From Saprospiraceae bacterium (GTDB lineage: Bacteria; Bacteroidota; Bacteroidia; Chitinophagales; Saprospiraceae), in the NCBI GenBank assembly GCA_019638385.1, contig JAHBTW010000013.1:70016-134015 (forward strand): a stretch of DNA of 64,000 nucleotides, written 5' to 3'. Shown here one piece after another: positions 48,482-58,422 of the stretch. The notes beneath the pieces were generated by a model that had not been told where the DNA came from, ran no database searches, and saw only the letters and a program-made list of their open reading frames with translations. The position numbers and the translations under genes are program-made. Numbering within the stretch: the first letter of the stretch is position 1; every line of letters starts with the position of its first letter.

Positions 48482-49270
48482 TTATCCTCTGACCGCTTGA
48501 ATAGCAAACACCATCGGCAATTTGCTTTCCATGCCGGCTATGTGAAATCGGCCGGGGGCGGTCTCTACCGTTTTGTTGAAACAATCATGGGGCGAGTAGT
48601 CGTACTCCCGAAAATCGGTGATGCGCAGGCCGTTGCCGAGCAGCGCCCGGATGGTTTGGTCGAGACTGTGGTTCCAGCCTACCGATTGGTTTTCAATGTC
48701 GGCATCGCGGTCGGCATAGCTGCCTTTTTCGGTTTCCACAATCGGCTCCTGTTGGAAGTAAGAATACTGTACATGAGTGAAATCGTTGTCGAACATCCAG
48801 ACCGCCGGATGAAACTCGGCGATGACAAACCGGCCGCCGGGCTTGAGGTAGCGGGCCACAATGGCGCCCCAGGCATCGAGGTCGGGCAGCCAGCCGATGA
48901 CGCCGTAGGAGGTGAACACGATGTCGAATTGTCGGTCTAAGTGCTGCGGCAGATCGTAAATGTTGCAGCACACAAACTCAGCGGCCATGCCCAAAGATTC
49001 GGCGATGCGACGCGCTTCGGCGATAGCTGTATCCGACAGGTCAATACCGGTGACCTGCGCTCCGAGCCGGGCAAGCGACAAAGTGTCGAGGCCGAAATGG
49101 CACTGCAAATGCAGCAGCGTTTTGCCCTGCACGTTGCCCAGCAGTTCCAACTCAATTTCCTTGAGCGTGGAGCCGCCGTTCAAAAAATCGGGCACGCCAT
49201 AAAACTCAGACCCCACATGTACCTCGGTACGGGCATTCCACAGGGCGCGGTTGAGTGCGATGTAATCCAT
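48482..49270 (-). CDS. Class I SAM-dependent methyltransferase
   Basis: Motif I region LHLQCHFGLDTLSLARLGAQVTGIDLS. Start trimmed to ATG 49270 (MDYIALNRALW). Confidence 0.75.
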   Translation of the reverse strand: MDYIALNRALWNARTEVHVGSEFYGVPDFLNGGSTLKEIELELLGNVQGKTLLHLQCHFGLDTLSLARLGAQVTGIDLSDTAIAEARRIAESLGMAAEFVCCNIYDLPQHLDRQFDIVFTSYGVIGWLPDLDAWGAIVARYLKPGGRFVIAEFHPAVWMFDNDFTHVQYSYFQQEPIVETEKGSYADRDADIENQSVGWNHSLDQTIRALLGNGLRITDFREYDYSPHDCFNKTVETAPGRFHIAGMESKLPMVFAIQAVRG

Positions 49271-49495
49271 TGCAAAGTTGTTAAGATTGAGCAGTGAGCT
49301 TTGACCATGCCGTTGGCGTGGTTCGAGCTTGTCCAAAAAAAAAAAAAACGAGGTGTAAAAGTAGCTGTTTTGGCTGCTCCCTGCCAAAGAATCCCGGACT
49401 CCTGGTAAAAAAATACAAAATCAGGTAACGGTTTAAAAAGTGAGCGGATGAAGTAACGTAAAATTAGTTTCTTTTTCACACCAAAATCCAGAATC

Positions 49496-52400
49496 ATGAA
49501 AACTTGCCAGTCAGTAATTGCTGCGGCAATAGTGGCTTTTTTTGCCATGAATGCCGTACATGCACAACAACCGTCCCCAGGAGTAGAACAAGACCACTAC
49601 TACGCACAGCAAAAGAGAATCCCCGTACAGGTCTATTTGGACCGTCTCGGAGTCATTCCGGCATCGGACATTACCAACAACGACATGGAGGGATTTTTAA
49701 GACAAAACAACTTCCGATTGGAAAGGCCCAAAGAAGGAGGTTTCCTTTTTGTGATGGTACCGCGCAGCAGCCGGGTCGAACTCGCGGAGCGAGCAAGAGT
49801 AATAAAAGGCAGCAATGCAAAACTCTTTGCGGATGTAGGGCTTGTGGTAGAAGCCGGTTCTCCGGAAGATCCGCACACCATGCTCGTTTCTGACCGCTTT
49901 ATCGCGCGCTTCCGCGCAAATGTATCGAGGGCGCAAATAGACGCCTTCAACCGTCGCAACAACGTAGAGATGGTAGATCCCGACCGCTTCGTACGCAACC
50001 AATACCATCTCCGCGTTACGAGGGCATCAGGCGTTGACGCATTGCGCATGGCCAATTTGTACGAAGACAACGATCTGGTAGAATTTGCACATCCCGATTT
50101 TTGGGAAGAACTCCGTTTCAACTCAGAAGATGTTATCCCCAACGACCCGATGTTTGCGGCACAATGGCACCTGCGCAACACCGGACAAGGCGGCGGCACT
50201 GTGGATGCCGACGTGGATGCCGATCTGGCGTGGGATATTACACGAGGCAATGCCAATACCCTTATCGCCATTCTTGATGCAGGCTTTGATATAGATCACG
50301 AAGACCTTGCGCCTAATCTATACACCAATTCGGGCGAAATTCCGGGTAATGGCATAGATGATGATGGTAACGGCTTCATAGATGATGTAAACGGATGGGA
50401 CTTTGCCGGCAACGACAACAACCCACGCCCTGCTGCAGGCGTGGACAATCACGGTACTGCCGTTACCGGAGTGGCTGTAGCCCGCGGCGACAACGCCATA
50501 GGTGTAAGCGGCTCCTGCCCCGAATGTCGCTTTTTGCCGCTCAGTATTTCTAACAACAATTCGTTTGCCACAACTTCTGCTATCGCTAATGCATTCGGCT
50601 ATGCGCAATTGATGGGAGCGGAAGTCATCACCAACAGTTGGGGGCAAGTATCTCCATCCGCTACGGCAGCAACGGCAATAGTAAACGCGATCAACAATGC
50701 GGTGACAGCCGGCAGCGTGGTGCTTTTCGCAGGCGGCAATAGCAGCACAGCCGGCTGGTGCGGCGCATCTTACCCGTCTTTGGCCAATGTGATAGCAGTA
50801 AGCAGCTCCTCTAATTTGGATCGCAAGGTGACCGGCCATGCCTTCGGCAATTGTATTGACATATTAGCCCCTACCCGCTGGTCGCCCGGCGACCCCACTC
50901 CCACCGGCACCTTAGCCATTACCACTACTGACCGCACAGGGGTAGCCGGGTACAATAACGCCAATCCAAGTTGTATGCCCGGCCTCATAGAACCGGCTGA
51001 CCGGAACTACACCAACTGCTTCAGCGGCACCTCTTCGGCCACGCCGTTGGTGGCGGGTATTGTTGGGCTTATCCGCAGTGCCAACCCTTCGCTAACCCCC
51101 ACACAGGTGCAGAATCTCATCCAAGACACGGCCGATAAAATAGAGCCGAGTGTGGGCAGCTATAACGCCGCCAACGGCTACAGCTCACCTTCCACAGGTA
51201 TAGCTACTCATGCTTTCGGCCGTGCCAACGCCTTCGAAGCCGTGAAGATTGCCGCGCCGGTAGCCGACGGCGGCAAAGGCGGTGTGGATCTGTTTTTCAG
51301 AGACAACTATTTGGACTGGGGCAATACCGAACAACCCAGCAGCACCCTATTTGAACCCGTGAGGGGGGCCATCGGCTGGTGGACGAGTATGGACATAAAA
51401 GTGGATGCGCCGCCTTATGCAATAACGCCACCCACGGCGGCCAATTTCGATGCCTTTGTGGATGAAAATCCGATGCTCGGTGCGGCCAATCGAGTGTATG
51501 TACGGGTACGCAACAGAGGACCGATAGCGGCATCTACTGCCACCGTAAAACTACATTGGGCGCAGTTCGGCACCAGCCTGCCCGCATTGGCAAGCGATTT
51601 TTGGACAGCCTTCCCTGCCAACCCGACCGGCGCAAGTTCCTGGAATGCACTACCGGCACAAACACTTACCAATGTGGCTTACTCCGGCGCCTCTGTAGCC
51701 GGTACCGGCGCCGATGCCGCTCAAGTAGCAGTTTTCACGTTTACGCCCTCATTCGCCCCCTCGCTTTCCAATCACTATTGCCTTGCGGCTATGATTGACT
51801 CGCCTCAGGACCCGCTTGGTTCGGGGTTTACCTCGCAGGTAGTAGATGCCGTAACCCCCCGCAACAACAATGTTACGCACCGCAATTACGTCAACCTGAC
51901 CTATATGGCAGAAGAGGGCGACGATTTTGCCGGGCAGTCCTTTTTTATTCGAAATCCTTATCCCACGCCCATCCGTACTGTATTGAAATACGAGGCCCCG
52001 AAAGGCTGGGAGGTGGCCCTGAAGGGCGCGGCGTTCAATGAACCTATGGCGCTCGCAGCCGGTGAGGAGCGCTTGGTTACGCTCCAGGGACGACCGACAA
52101 AGGGTGCGAAGGAATCGGGAGAAATAACCGTAATACAGGAGCAGTTGGAACCGGAGAAACAAGCAATGGGCGGCGCTACTTTCGGGTTTAAGGCAGGGGG
52201 AACGGATCCCGGCATAGCCGGGCCTTGCGGCTGCGACGGCGTGCTGAGCGCCTATTCAATCGGCGTTTACGACAACCGAAAAAACACCCATACCATAATT
52301 CGACTCGTCAATCCAGGTGCACAACTCCGTCGCTACACCGTCGCTTTTCTCGACGACAACCAGAAGTTCCTGAAATGCATCGAAGGGCGCCTGGGCGCCA

Positions 52401-52648
52401 ACGACATGGATGAAATTGATACCCGGCAATACGTTTCGGGCAGTATAGCCGGGGTGGTGAAAATTATTTCCAAAAACGACCGCAGCAACCAGCCGGAACC
52501 GGGTATAGCCGCATTCAAAACCCAATATGTGCAAAACAAAGGCTTCCTATGCAAGCGCATTTCTATTGCCGAATCTGTATTGCCGCACATACCCGGTTGC
52601 ATACTGGCTGAAGACTACAAACTCATCCTGAAAGGCTGCAATAACTGA
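49496..52648 (+). CDS. Large secreted S8 (subtilisin-like) peptidase with N-terminal propeptide-like repeats and C-terminal accessory domains; no T9SS sorting domain recognised
   Basis: Signal peptide. Triad contexts are AILDAGFD, NHGTAVTG and SGTSSATPLVAG. The terminal ~145 aa are Cys-containing and unassigned. Confidence 0.85.
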   Translation: MKTCQSVIAAAIVAFFAMNAVHAQQPSPGVEQDHYYAQQKRIPVQVYLDRLGVIPASDITNNDMEGFLRQNNFRLERPKEGGFLFVMVPRSSRVELAERARVIKGSNAKLFADVGLVVEAGSPEDPHTMLVSDRFIARFRANVSRAQIDAFNRRNNVEMVDPDRFVRNQYHLRVTRASGVDALRMANLYEDNDLVEFAHPDFWEELRFNSEDVIPNDPMFAAQWHLRNTGQGGGTVDADVDADLAWDITRGNANTLIAILDAGFDIDHEDLAPNLYTNSGEIPGNGIDDDGNGFIDDVNGWDFAGNDNNPRPAAGVDNHGTAVTGVAVARGDNAIGVSGSCPECRFLPLSISNNNSFATTSAIANAFGYAQLMGAEVITNSWGQVSPSATAATAIVNAINNAVTAGSVVLFAGGNSSTAGWCGASYPSLANVIAVSSSSNLDRKVTGHAFGNCIDILAPTRWSPGDPTPTGTLAITTTDRTGVAGYNNANPSCMPGLIEPADRNYTNCFSGTSSATPLVAGIVGLIRSANPSLTPTQVQNLIQDTADKIEPSVGSYNAANGYSSPSTGIATHAFGRANAFEAVKIAAPVADGGKGGVDLFFRDNYLDWGNTEQPSSTLFEPVRGAIGWWTSMDIKVDAPPYAITPPTAANFDAFVDENPMLGAANRVYVRVRNRGPIAASTATVKLHWAQFGTSLPALASDFWTAFPANPTGASSWNALPAQTLTNVAYSGASVAGTGADAAQVAVFTFTPSFAPSLSNHYCLAAMIDSPQDPLGSGFTSQVVDAVTPRNNNVTHRNYVNLTYMAEEGDDFAGQSFFIRNPYPTPIRTVLKYEAPKGWEVALKGAAFNEPMALAAGEERLVTLQGRPTKGAKESGEITVIQEQLEPEKQAMGGATFGFKAGGTDPGIAGPCGCDGVLSAYSIGVYDNRKNTHTIIRLVNPGAQLRRYTVAFLDDNQKFLKCIEGRLGANDMDEIDTRQYVSGSIAGVVKIISKNDRSNQPEPGIAAFKTQYVQNKGFLCKRISIAESVLPHIPGCILAEDYKLILKGCNN

Positions 52649-52687
52649 TTGCTCCCGAATGGTTCAACGATTTGCATTTTTCGAAAT

Positions 52688-52735
52688 CCTCTGCACCGGA
52701 AACGACTGCGTTCAAACTTAGTTTCCGGGCAGAGG
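52688..52735 (+). terminator. Long hairpin after the S8 peptidase gene
   Basis: CCTCTGCACCGGAAAC pairs with GTTTCCGGGCAGAGG (15 bp with one bulge) around a 17-nt loop, 40 nt after the stop codon. Confidence 0.45.
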
Positions 52736-52955
52736 AATGCCGGGCTTGGCCGGTCGGCGGGTATTTTTTCATCACGGCCGGCTTATCCTCCGGAGTTTGA
52801 CTCCTTATGGTTCGTGTTGTAGTAGAACTGGGTAATGATATAAACATTCTGCTATTTTTCACGTTCCACACGCCAACTTCATTGCTTTGACAAAAGCGCC
52901 GGAATTTGCCCGGCCTGCCCGTGTATATTCTTTACTATCTCAAAATCATATCGGC

Positions 52956-53222
52956 ATGACGGAAGCAGACTTAGACCGTATTATCGAAATGGCCTGGGAA
53001 GACCGCACGCCTTTCGAGGCAATTTGGGCACAATTTGACTTGAGCGAGCCGCAAGTCATCGAAATCATGCGCCGGAACATGAAGCCTGCCTCTTTTCGCA
53101 TCTGGCGCAAGCGAGTGAGCGGGCGAAAAACCAAACATGCCACCCGACGCGACTCTATGGTAACTCGCTTCAAGTGTTCACGACAACGGGCCGTGAGCAG
53201 TAATAAAATCAGTAAAAGGTAA
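52956..53222 (+). CDS. TIGR03643/DUF2805-family small protein
   Basis: Contains DRIIEMAWEDRTPFEAIWAQFDLSEPQVIEIMRRNMKPASFRIWRKRVSGRKTKH. ATG 52956 is preferred over TTG 52887. Confidence 0.6.
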   Translation: MTEADLDRIIEMAWEDRTPFEAIWAQFDLSEPQVIEIMRRNMKPASFRIWRKRVSGRKTKHATRRDSMVTRFKCSRQRAVSSNKISKR

Positions 53223-53227
53223 GCCGA

Positions 53228-54556
53228 TCAGAACGCCTTTACCACTTCCATTTGCGAAAGCATAAGCAGAAAGGAGCGCGCAAAAGCCGGCATACTCTGA
53301 TACGATAAAACGCCGATGAGCGGCTGCATGCCGGGATATTGGCTGCTATTTTGTTCCACGATTTCTTTGACGGCCTGTCGGATGGCTTTTCGTTGTAGTT
53401 CGCCGCCCAACTCATCGCAGTATTTGGAAGGATAACCGAGCGACGTATAAAAACCGGACTCTGTGATCTGGAAATAGAGTTCCAATAGTTGCCGGACCGG
53501 TTTGGGCGGCGCATAATTGAACAGGCAAAAGCCGACGATGAAGCCCGGTACCGCCAGCCCTACCTCCGGATGGCCGTTTTCGCAGTACCAGTCCATATTG
53601 GGCAATTCGCCCTCGATGAAGTCGGCAATTTGTTTGTGGTTTACCGGAGTGGTAATGCCGAATGTTGCAGAGGTGCGGTACATTTCTTTGTAAAAAAGCG
53701 CCGCCGGCCGCTCTATGAGATTTTGCAGTTCTTTCGCCAGCAACAGATTTTTCTGAGCAGCAGTTCTGTTGTCGTTGGTAAAATAGAGCCGGTGCATGCG
53801 CTCTAAGGTTTCCATCATAAAGCCCTGGGGCTGCGTGAAAAAATCGAGTTTATACACCAGGTGCAGCAACAAGTACCCGATACCGCCGGGATATTGGTCT
53901 TTGTCCAATTCTCCGTGGTTCATAATATCCAGGACGCGTTGCGTTTCCTGCAAAATGTACTCGTATTTGGCCTTTTTTTCCGGATCGGGCAGTTCGTGCA
54001 TGGGCGCTTCGGCGATGGGCGTGAGGGCCTCAAATTCCTCGAGCAAGAGGTCGTCCTGTTTATCGGCGTGCGTGGCTAATTCTTTGATGGCGTAGTAGAG
54101 CTTATAGGGCGAGCCGTCGAGCATAAAGGTATCAAACACGGCTACGATGTTGTTGTCGGGGTCGAGGGCATAGCGGCAGTATTTGAAATCAAAATTGTGC
54201 TCTACCAGCCGGCGCATGTACCCGACGTGGAGGGATTTCGCTTTGGCCAATTTCGACTCTGCCTTTATCAATTGGCCGGTTGCCAGGCCGTTCACCAGCC
54301 TTGAGCCCTGGTACAGTTCAAAGCGTATTTCATCGCCCGTATCGGTCCAATGTATATTTTCTTCCCGCTCATCGCGCAGGTATTCCAAAAAAGCGCGGAA
54401 GGAGTCTAAATATTCCAGGTTTTCAAATGCCTCCACGGCCCGGTCCCAGGCTTTGTAGTTGTCGGCTTGTTTGTACGAATCGGTGTAGCGCCCGAAGCGC
54501 AGGTCTGGAGCGGAGGATGTGGGAGCAGACTTGAAAAAGCGGCGGAGGAGACTCAT
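53228..54556 (-). CDS. Hypothetical protein with YbjN-like N-terminal domain and unassigned helical C-terminal half
   Basis: 442-aa uninterrupted ORF. The N-terminal ~190 aa follow a YbjN/T3SS-chaperone-like pattern (RRLVEHNFDFKYCRYALDPDNNIVAVFDT...ELATHADKQDD). Confidence 0.5.
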   Translation of the reverse strand: MSLLRRFFKSAPTSSAPDLRFGRYTDSYKQADNYKAWDRAVEAFENLEYLDSFRAFLEYLRDEREENIHWTDTGDEIRFELYQGSRLVNGLATGQLIKAESKLAKAKSLHVGYMRRLVEHNFDFKYCRYALDPDNNIVAVFDTFMLDGSPYKLYYAIKELATHADKQDDLLLEEFEALTPIAEAPMHELPDPEKKAKYEYILQETQRVLDIMNHGELDKDQYPGGIGYLLLHLVYKLDFFTQPQGFMMETLERMHRLYFTNDNRTAAQKNLLLAKELQNLIERPAALFYKEMYRTSATFGITTPVNHKQIADFIEGELPNMDWYCENGHPEVGLAVPGFIVGFCLFNYAPPKPVRQLLELYFQITESGFYTSLGYPSKYCDELGGELQRKAIRQAVKEIVEQNSSQYPGMQPLIGVLSYQSMPAFARSFLLMLSQMEVVKAF

Positions 54557-54568
54557 AGAGATTGACTG

Positions 54569-55444
54569 TCAAAGTGAACCCTTGCCGATCAAATATTTTT
54601 CAAAAAACGCCAGGGTCCGACTCCAGGCCAACTTGGCTGCGGCCTCATTGTATCGGGCGGTGGAGGTATCATTGTGAAAAGCGTGATTGACGCCTTCGTA
54701 CAGGTACGACTCGTATGTGACGCCGGCAGCCTTGAGCGCTGCTTCGTAGGCATCCTTCCCTGCATTGACTCGGTCGTCCATTTCAGCATAATGCAATTGT
54801 ATGGCGGCTTTTATCTTGGGTACATCTTCGGGCCTGGCCTGCATCCCGTAGAATCCCACAGCCGCTTTGAGCGCGGGTACCTGCACGGCAAGGTTGTTGG
54901 CCATGGCGCCGCCCCAGCAAAACCCTACGCAACCGGCTTTGCCTTTGTAGTCTTTTCGCGTTTCTAAGTAGTCGAACACGCGGATGAAATTTTGCAGATT
55001 TTCCTCGGCTTTGAGTTGTGTGAAGAGCTGACGAGCATCGTCTTCGCTCATCACTTTATCGCCTCGCAGCGGCGCGAGGGCATCGGGGGCGATGGCGAGG
55101 TAGCCGGCCTGCGCGGCCCGGCGCGCCACGTCTTCGATGTGGACGGTCAGGCCCCGGTTTTCATGTATGACGCACACCGCGTGGTAGCGCTTGCGCGCTT
55201 TGGGTCGGGCCACATAGGCGCGCATGGTCGTTCCGTTGACGCCCGGATAAGTGATGTATTCGGTGAACAGCCTTTTGGCGCCCGTGAGCGCTGCCGTGCT
55301 GTAATCCGATTCCAGTAAAGGCAGAATGGACATGGCCATGGCCGCGCCGCCCGCCAGTTGGGTCAGTTGTTTGAGGAATTCTTTCCGGCTGAGCGGGCGA
55401 TGAGTATATTCATCGTACAATTCGATAATGCGCTGATCTAACAT
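54569..55444 (-). CDS. Dienelactone hydrolase-family protein (exported)
   Basis: N-terminal export segment, nucleophile elbow GFCWGG, and an alpha/beta-hydrolase layout with a late His (GVNHAFHND). Confidence 0.8.
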   Translation of the reverse strand: MLDQRIIELYDEYTHRPLSRKEFLKQLTQLAGGAAMAMSILPLLESDYSTAALTGAKRLFTEYITYPGVNGTTMRAYVARPKARKRYHAVCVIHENRGLTVHIEDVARRAAQAGYLAIAPDALAPLRGDKVMSEDDARQLFTQLKAEENLQNFIRVFDYLETRKDYKGKAGCVGFCWGGAMANNLAVQVPALKAAVGFYGMQARPEDVPKIKAAIQLHYAEMDDRVNAGKDAYEAALKAAGVTYESYLYEGVNHAFHNDTSTARYNEAAAKLAWSRTLAFFEKYLIGKGSL

Positions 55445-55491
55445 GTTGGCTGTATTTTATGCGCAATATCGTTCAAATTTCTCCCAAAGTG

Positions 55492-58095
55492 CTAATTCCC
55501 CTGCAAAATTTCGCCGATTTCCTTTTGTTCCGTGGTGATGCCGTCGAAAGCGAACAGCCCGCAGTCCAAGAAGTTAACGTATTCTTTGATGCCTTCTTTG
55601 TAGCCGCGCGGCGGGGTGAGCACCTGCTCATCGGGGGTGATGAGCACATACAGCGGTTGGGTATTTTGCAGGAAATTGACGACCTGAAAATCCGTCCATT
55701 TGTTGCCTACATTGCGGAGTTTTTCGTTACGGTGTTTCGACCACAACACTGCTTCCAACGGCTGCCGGTCATCTACATACAAAGAGATGAGCACATAATC
55801 ATTGGCGATTTTATTCCATACGCGCTCGTCTATCCATACATGCTCTTCCACCTTGCGGCAATTGACGCAGCCGTAGCCGGTGAAGTCCAGCAGGATGGGT
55901 TTGTTCACCTCGCGAGCATAGGCCAAGCCTTCATAGTAGTCTTTAAAACAGTTGAGATTGTTGGCCGATTTGGAATACGACGGGTAGCGCGCCTTGATGT
56001 CGGGGTCTAAGTCATCGTTCAGTTCTGTTAAAAAAATATTGTACCGGGCCGGAGGCGCCAGGCCGCTGAGTGCGCCGGGCGATTTGTACGATTGCAGTTT
56101 GTCGTCGAACCGAAATCCGGTGGCGAGATAAAAACTCACCAGCAACATAAGGCCGCCCAAAACCGTGCGGTAAGCGGGTAGTTTTTTCTCGCGGCTGTCG
56201 TGCGGGAAGCGCAGGATGCCGAAGAAGGACAGCGCCATAGCAGCGGCGATGAGCACCCAGGCTGCCATGAACACCTCATACGGCAGTATGCCCCAGTGCA
56301 TGGTCATATCGGCTACGGATAGGAATTTGAGCGCCAGCGCCAATTCGAGAAAACCGAGTTGTACTTTGACTAAGTTCATCCAGCCGCCGGATTTAGGCAG
56401 CGTGTTGAGCCAACCCGGAAAAGCGGCAAACAGGCCGAAGGGCAGCGCGAGTGCTGTGGAAAAACCGAGCATGACCACAAAAGGTCCCAGTTTGTCGGTA
56501 GCCGATTGTACGATGGCGGCGCCGATGATGGGGCCGGTACAGGAAAAAGATACGATGGCCAGCGTGGCCGCCATGAAAAATATCCCGATGAGGCCGCCCT
56601 TTTCAGCCATGGCGTCGCTCTTGGTGCCCCAACTGCTGGGCAGGGTGATTTCAAACAAGCCAAAGAAGGAAAGCGCAAACACCACAAAAATGAGAAAGAA
56701 TAAGGTGTTGGCTATCCAGTTGGTGGACAGGGCATTGAGCGCCGAATCGCCAAACAGTGCCGTGATGAGCAAGCCGATGGTTACATATATTACAATGATA
56801 GAGGCGCCGTACAGCAAGGCATTGCGCAACCCTTTTTTCCGGTCAGTGCTGCGTTTCGTAAAGAAAGTAACCGTGAGCGGAATGAGCGGAAATACACAAG
56901 GCGTGAGCAAGGCCAGCAAACCACCGATGAACCCAAAGAGGAAGGTCCACAGCATGGAACTGCGGTCGCCGGTTTCTTCTTCCCCGCAATTACTCAACGG
57001 CTCCTGATAGCCCGCCTGTAAGGCCGGAATAACCTGATCTATTACATCGCCTTCAATTTTCGCTCCCACATAAGCCTGGGCCGCATCAGCACTGAGGTTG
57101 AAACGAAACTCATCCGAGCCGGTGACGCATTGCTCATCATCGCAGGCCATATATTCTATGAAACCCAGAATGGGTTGAGCGGGATCCGTCACTTTTACGC
57201 GCTGGGTGAATACAATGGGGCTTTCCACAAACTTGACCACCATTGCGCCGGCAAAGAGCGGGTCGGCCGCTTTTTTCGTTTTGCCTTTCTCGGCAGTTTG
57301 GCCTTCCGGGACAAAATGCGCCCCCGAAGCAAAAGTGAAAGTAGTGGGCAGCGGGCCGTTATCGGGGTCGGTATATTGGGAATACATGTTCCAGCCTTTA
57401 TCCATCGTGGCGGTGAATAGGAGGTCGTACTCCGTATCGCTAATTTTTTTGTAGTCAAATTGCCACTTAGCCGGTTTTACCAAATTGGGCGCTAAGGCCG
57501 GGGAAACAGGCTCGAACATATTGATGGGCGCTACTTCGGCGGAGGGGTTCTGCTCCTGTTCTTTTTCATTGGAAGGCGCCGCGCCGCTGCCGGATGCGCT
57601 GCCGGTACTGCTCTTATCCGGCTGTTGGTTGCTGCCTGCACCGGAGTCTTTGAGTATAAATTCGAAGTCTATTGCCTTAGGCGGCAGGCAGCGCTCGTTA
57701 TCGCAGGTCATAAACTCCAGATAGCCGATAACGGGTTTGCTCAGATCGGATACTGCTACGCGCTGCGTGAAGATACCCTTTTGGGAAAACTTGGTGAGCT
57801 TCATGTCAAAGACCTTGTCGTAGGTCGTCTTTTTATTACCCGACTCCTCGCACTTGCCCACGAGCTTGTAGTGCGCGCCTGCTTCAAAATTGAAGGAAGT
57901 AGCTACCGGGCCTTCGTCGCTCTCTAAAAACTGGGAATAGATATCCCATCCGTCGTCAATGGTGGCGGTAAATATCAGATCGAATTCAGTGGCAGAAACC
58001 TGCTTGTAAGCGGTAGACCATTTGACCGGATTCAGAATTTGCCCCCAAACTGTTACAGAAAATAGCAGGGCGACTAATGCAGCAAAATATCTCAT
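55492..58095 (-). CDS. DsbD-family protein-disulfide reductase with duplicated N-terminal periplasmic domain
   Basis: Two tandem ~130-aa domains, each with a C-x4-C pair (TCDNERC, ACDDEQC). The CcdA-like TM core has TPCVFPL and FSCTGP. The C-terminal thioredoxin fold has GCVNC. Confidence 0.85.
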   Translation of the reverse strand: MRYFAALVALLFSVTVWGQILNPVKWSTAYKQVSATEFDLIFTATIDDGWDIYSQFLESDEGPVATSFNFEAGAHYKLVGKCEESGNKKTTYDKVFDMKLTKFSQKGIFTQRVAVSDLSKPVIGYLEFMTCDNERCLPPKAIDFEFILKDSGAGSNQQPDKSSTGSASGSGAAPSNEKEQEQNPSAEVAPINMFEPVSPALAPNLVKPAKWQFDYKKISDTEYDLLFTATMDKGWNMYSQYTDPDNGPLPTTFTFASGAHFVPEGQTAEKGKTKKAADPLFAGAMVVKFVESPIVFTQRVKVTDPAQPILGFIEYMACDDEQCVTGSDEFRFNLSADAAQAYVGAKIEGDVIDQVIPALQAGYQEPLSNCGEEETGDRSSMLWTFLFGFIGGLLALLTPCVFPLIPLTVTFFTKRSTDRKKGLRNALLYGASIIVIYVTIGLLITALFGDSALNALSTNWIANTLFFLIFVVFALSFFGLFEITLPSSWGTKSDAMAEKGGLIGIFFMAATLAIVSFSCTGPIIGAAIVQSATDKLGPFVVMLGFSTALALPFGLFAAFPGWLNTLPKSGGWMNLVKVQLGFLELALALKFLSVADMTMHWGILPYEVFMAAWVLIAAAMALSFFGILRFPHDSREKKLPAYRTVLGGLMLLVSFYLATGFRFDDKLQSYKSPGALSGLAPPARYNIFLTELNDDLDPDIKARYPSYSKSANNLNCFKDYYEGLAYAREVNKPILLDFTGYGCVNCRKVEEHVWIDERVWNKIANDYVLISLYVDDRQPLEAVLWSKHRNEKLRNVGNKWTDFQVVNFLQNTQPLYVLITPDEQVLTPPRGYKEGIKEYVNFLDCGLFAFDGITTEQKEIGEILQGN

Positions 58096-58422
58096 GTGGA
58101 ATTGTTATTTGCTTGGTATCAGGAAAAAACGATTACAAAGATACGCCTGAAACCGGCCTGTGGTCGAAACGATAATAAAAAATTAACACTTCCGCTCCGG
58201 GCGTCGGGCGGGCGCAAAGGTGACTGATTTTCAACTGTTGCCGCTGTGATTCCGATCACTAAGGCGCCAAATTACAACACGTCGTCTTTAAACTTTCCCT
58301 AACCTCGTCGAAAAGCGGAACGTCTTATCTTGCATCGCGGAAGGTGCGGGGCATCCTCGCATACCCCAAAAGCGGATGCCGAAAAGCTCACAGAGTAGGC
58401 GAATACCTAAATCTTGTTTGTC

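Noticed and set aside
52623-52871. 82-aa minus-strand ORF in the gap after the S8 peptidase
   Set aside because: It spans the terminator hairpin, has no recognisable features, and has a poor start context.
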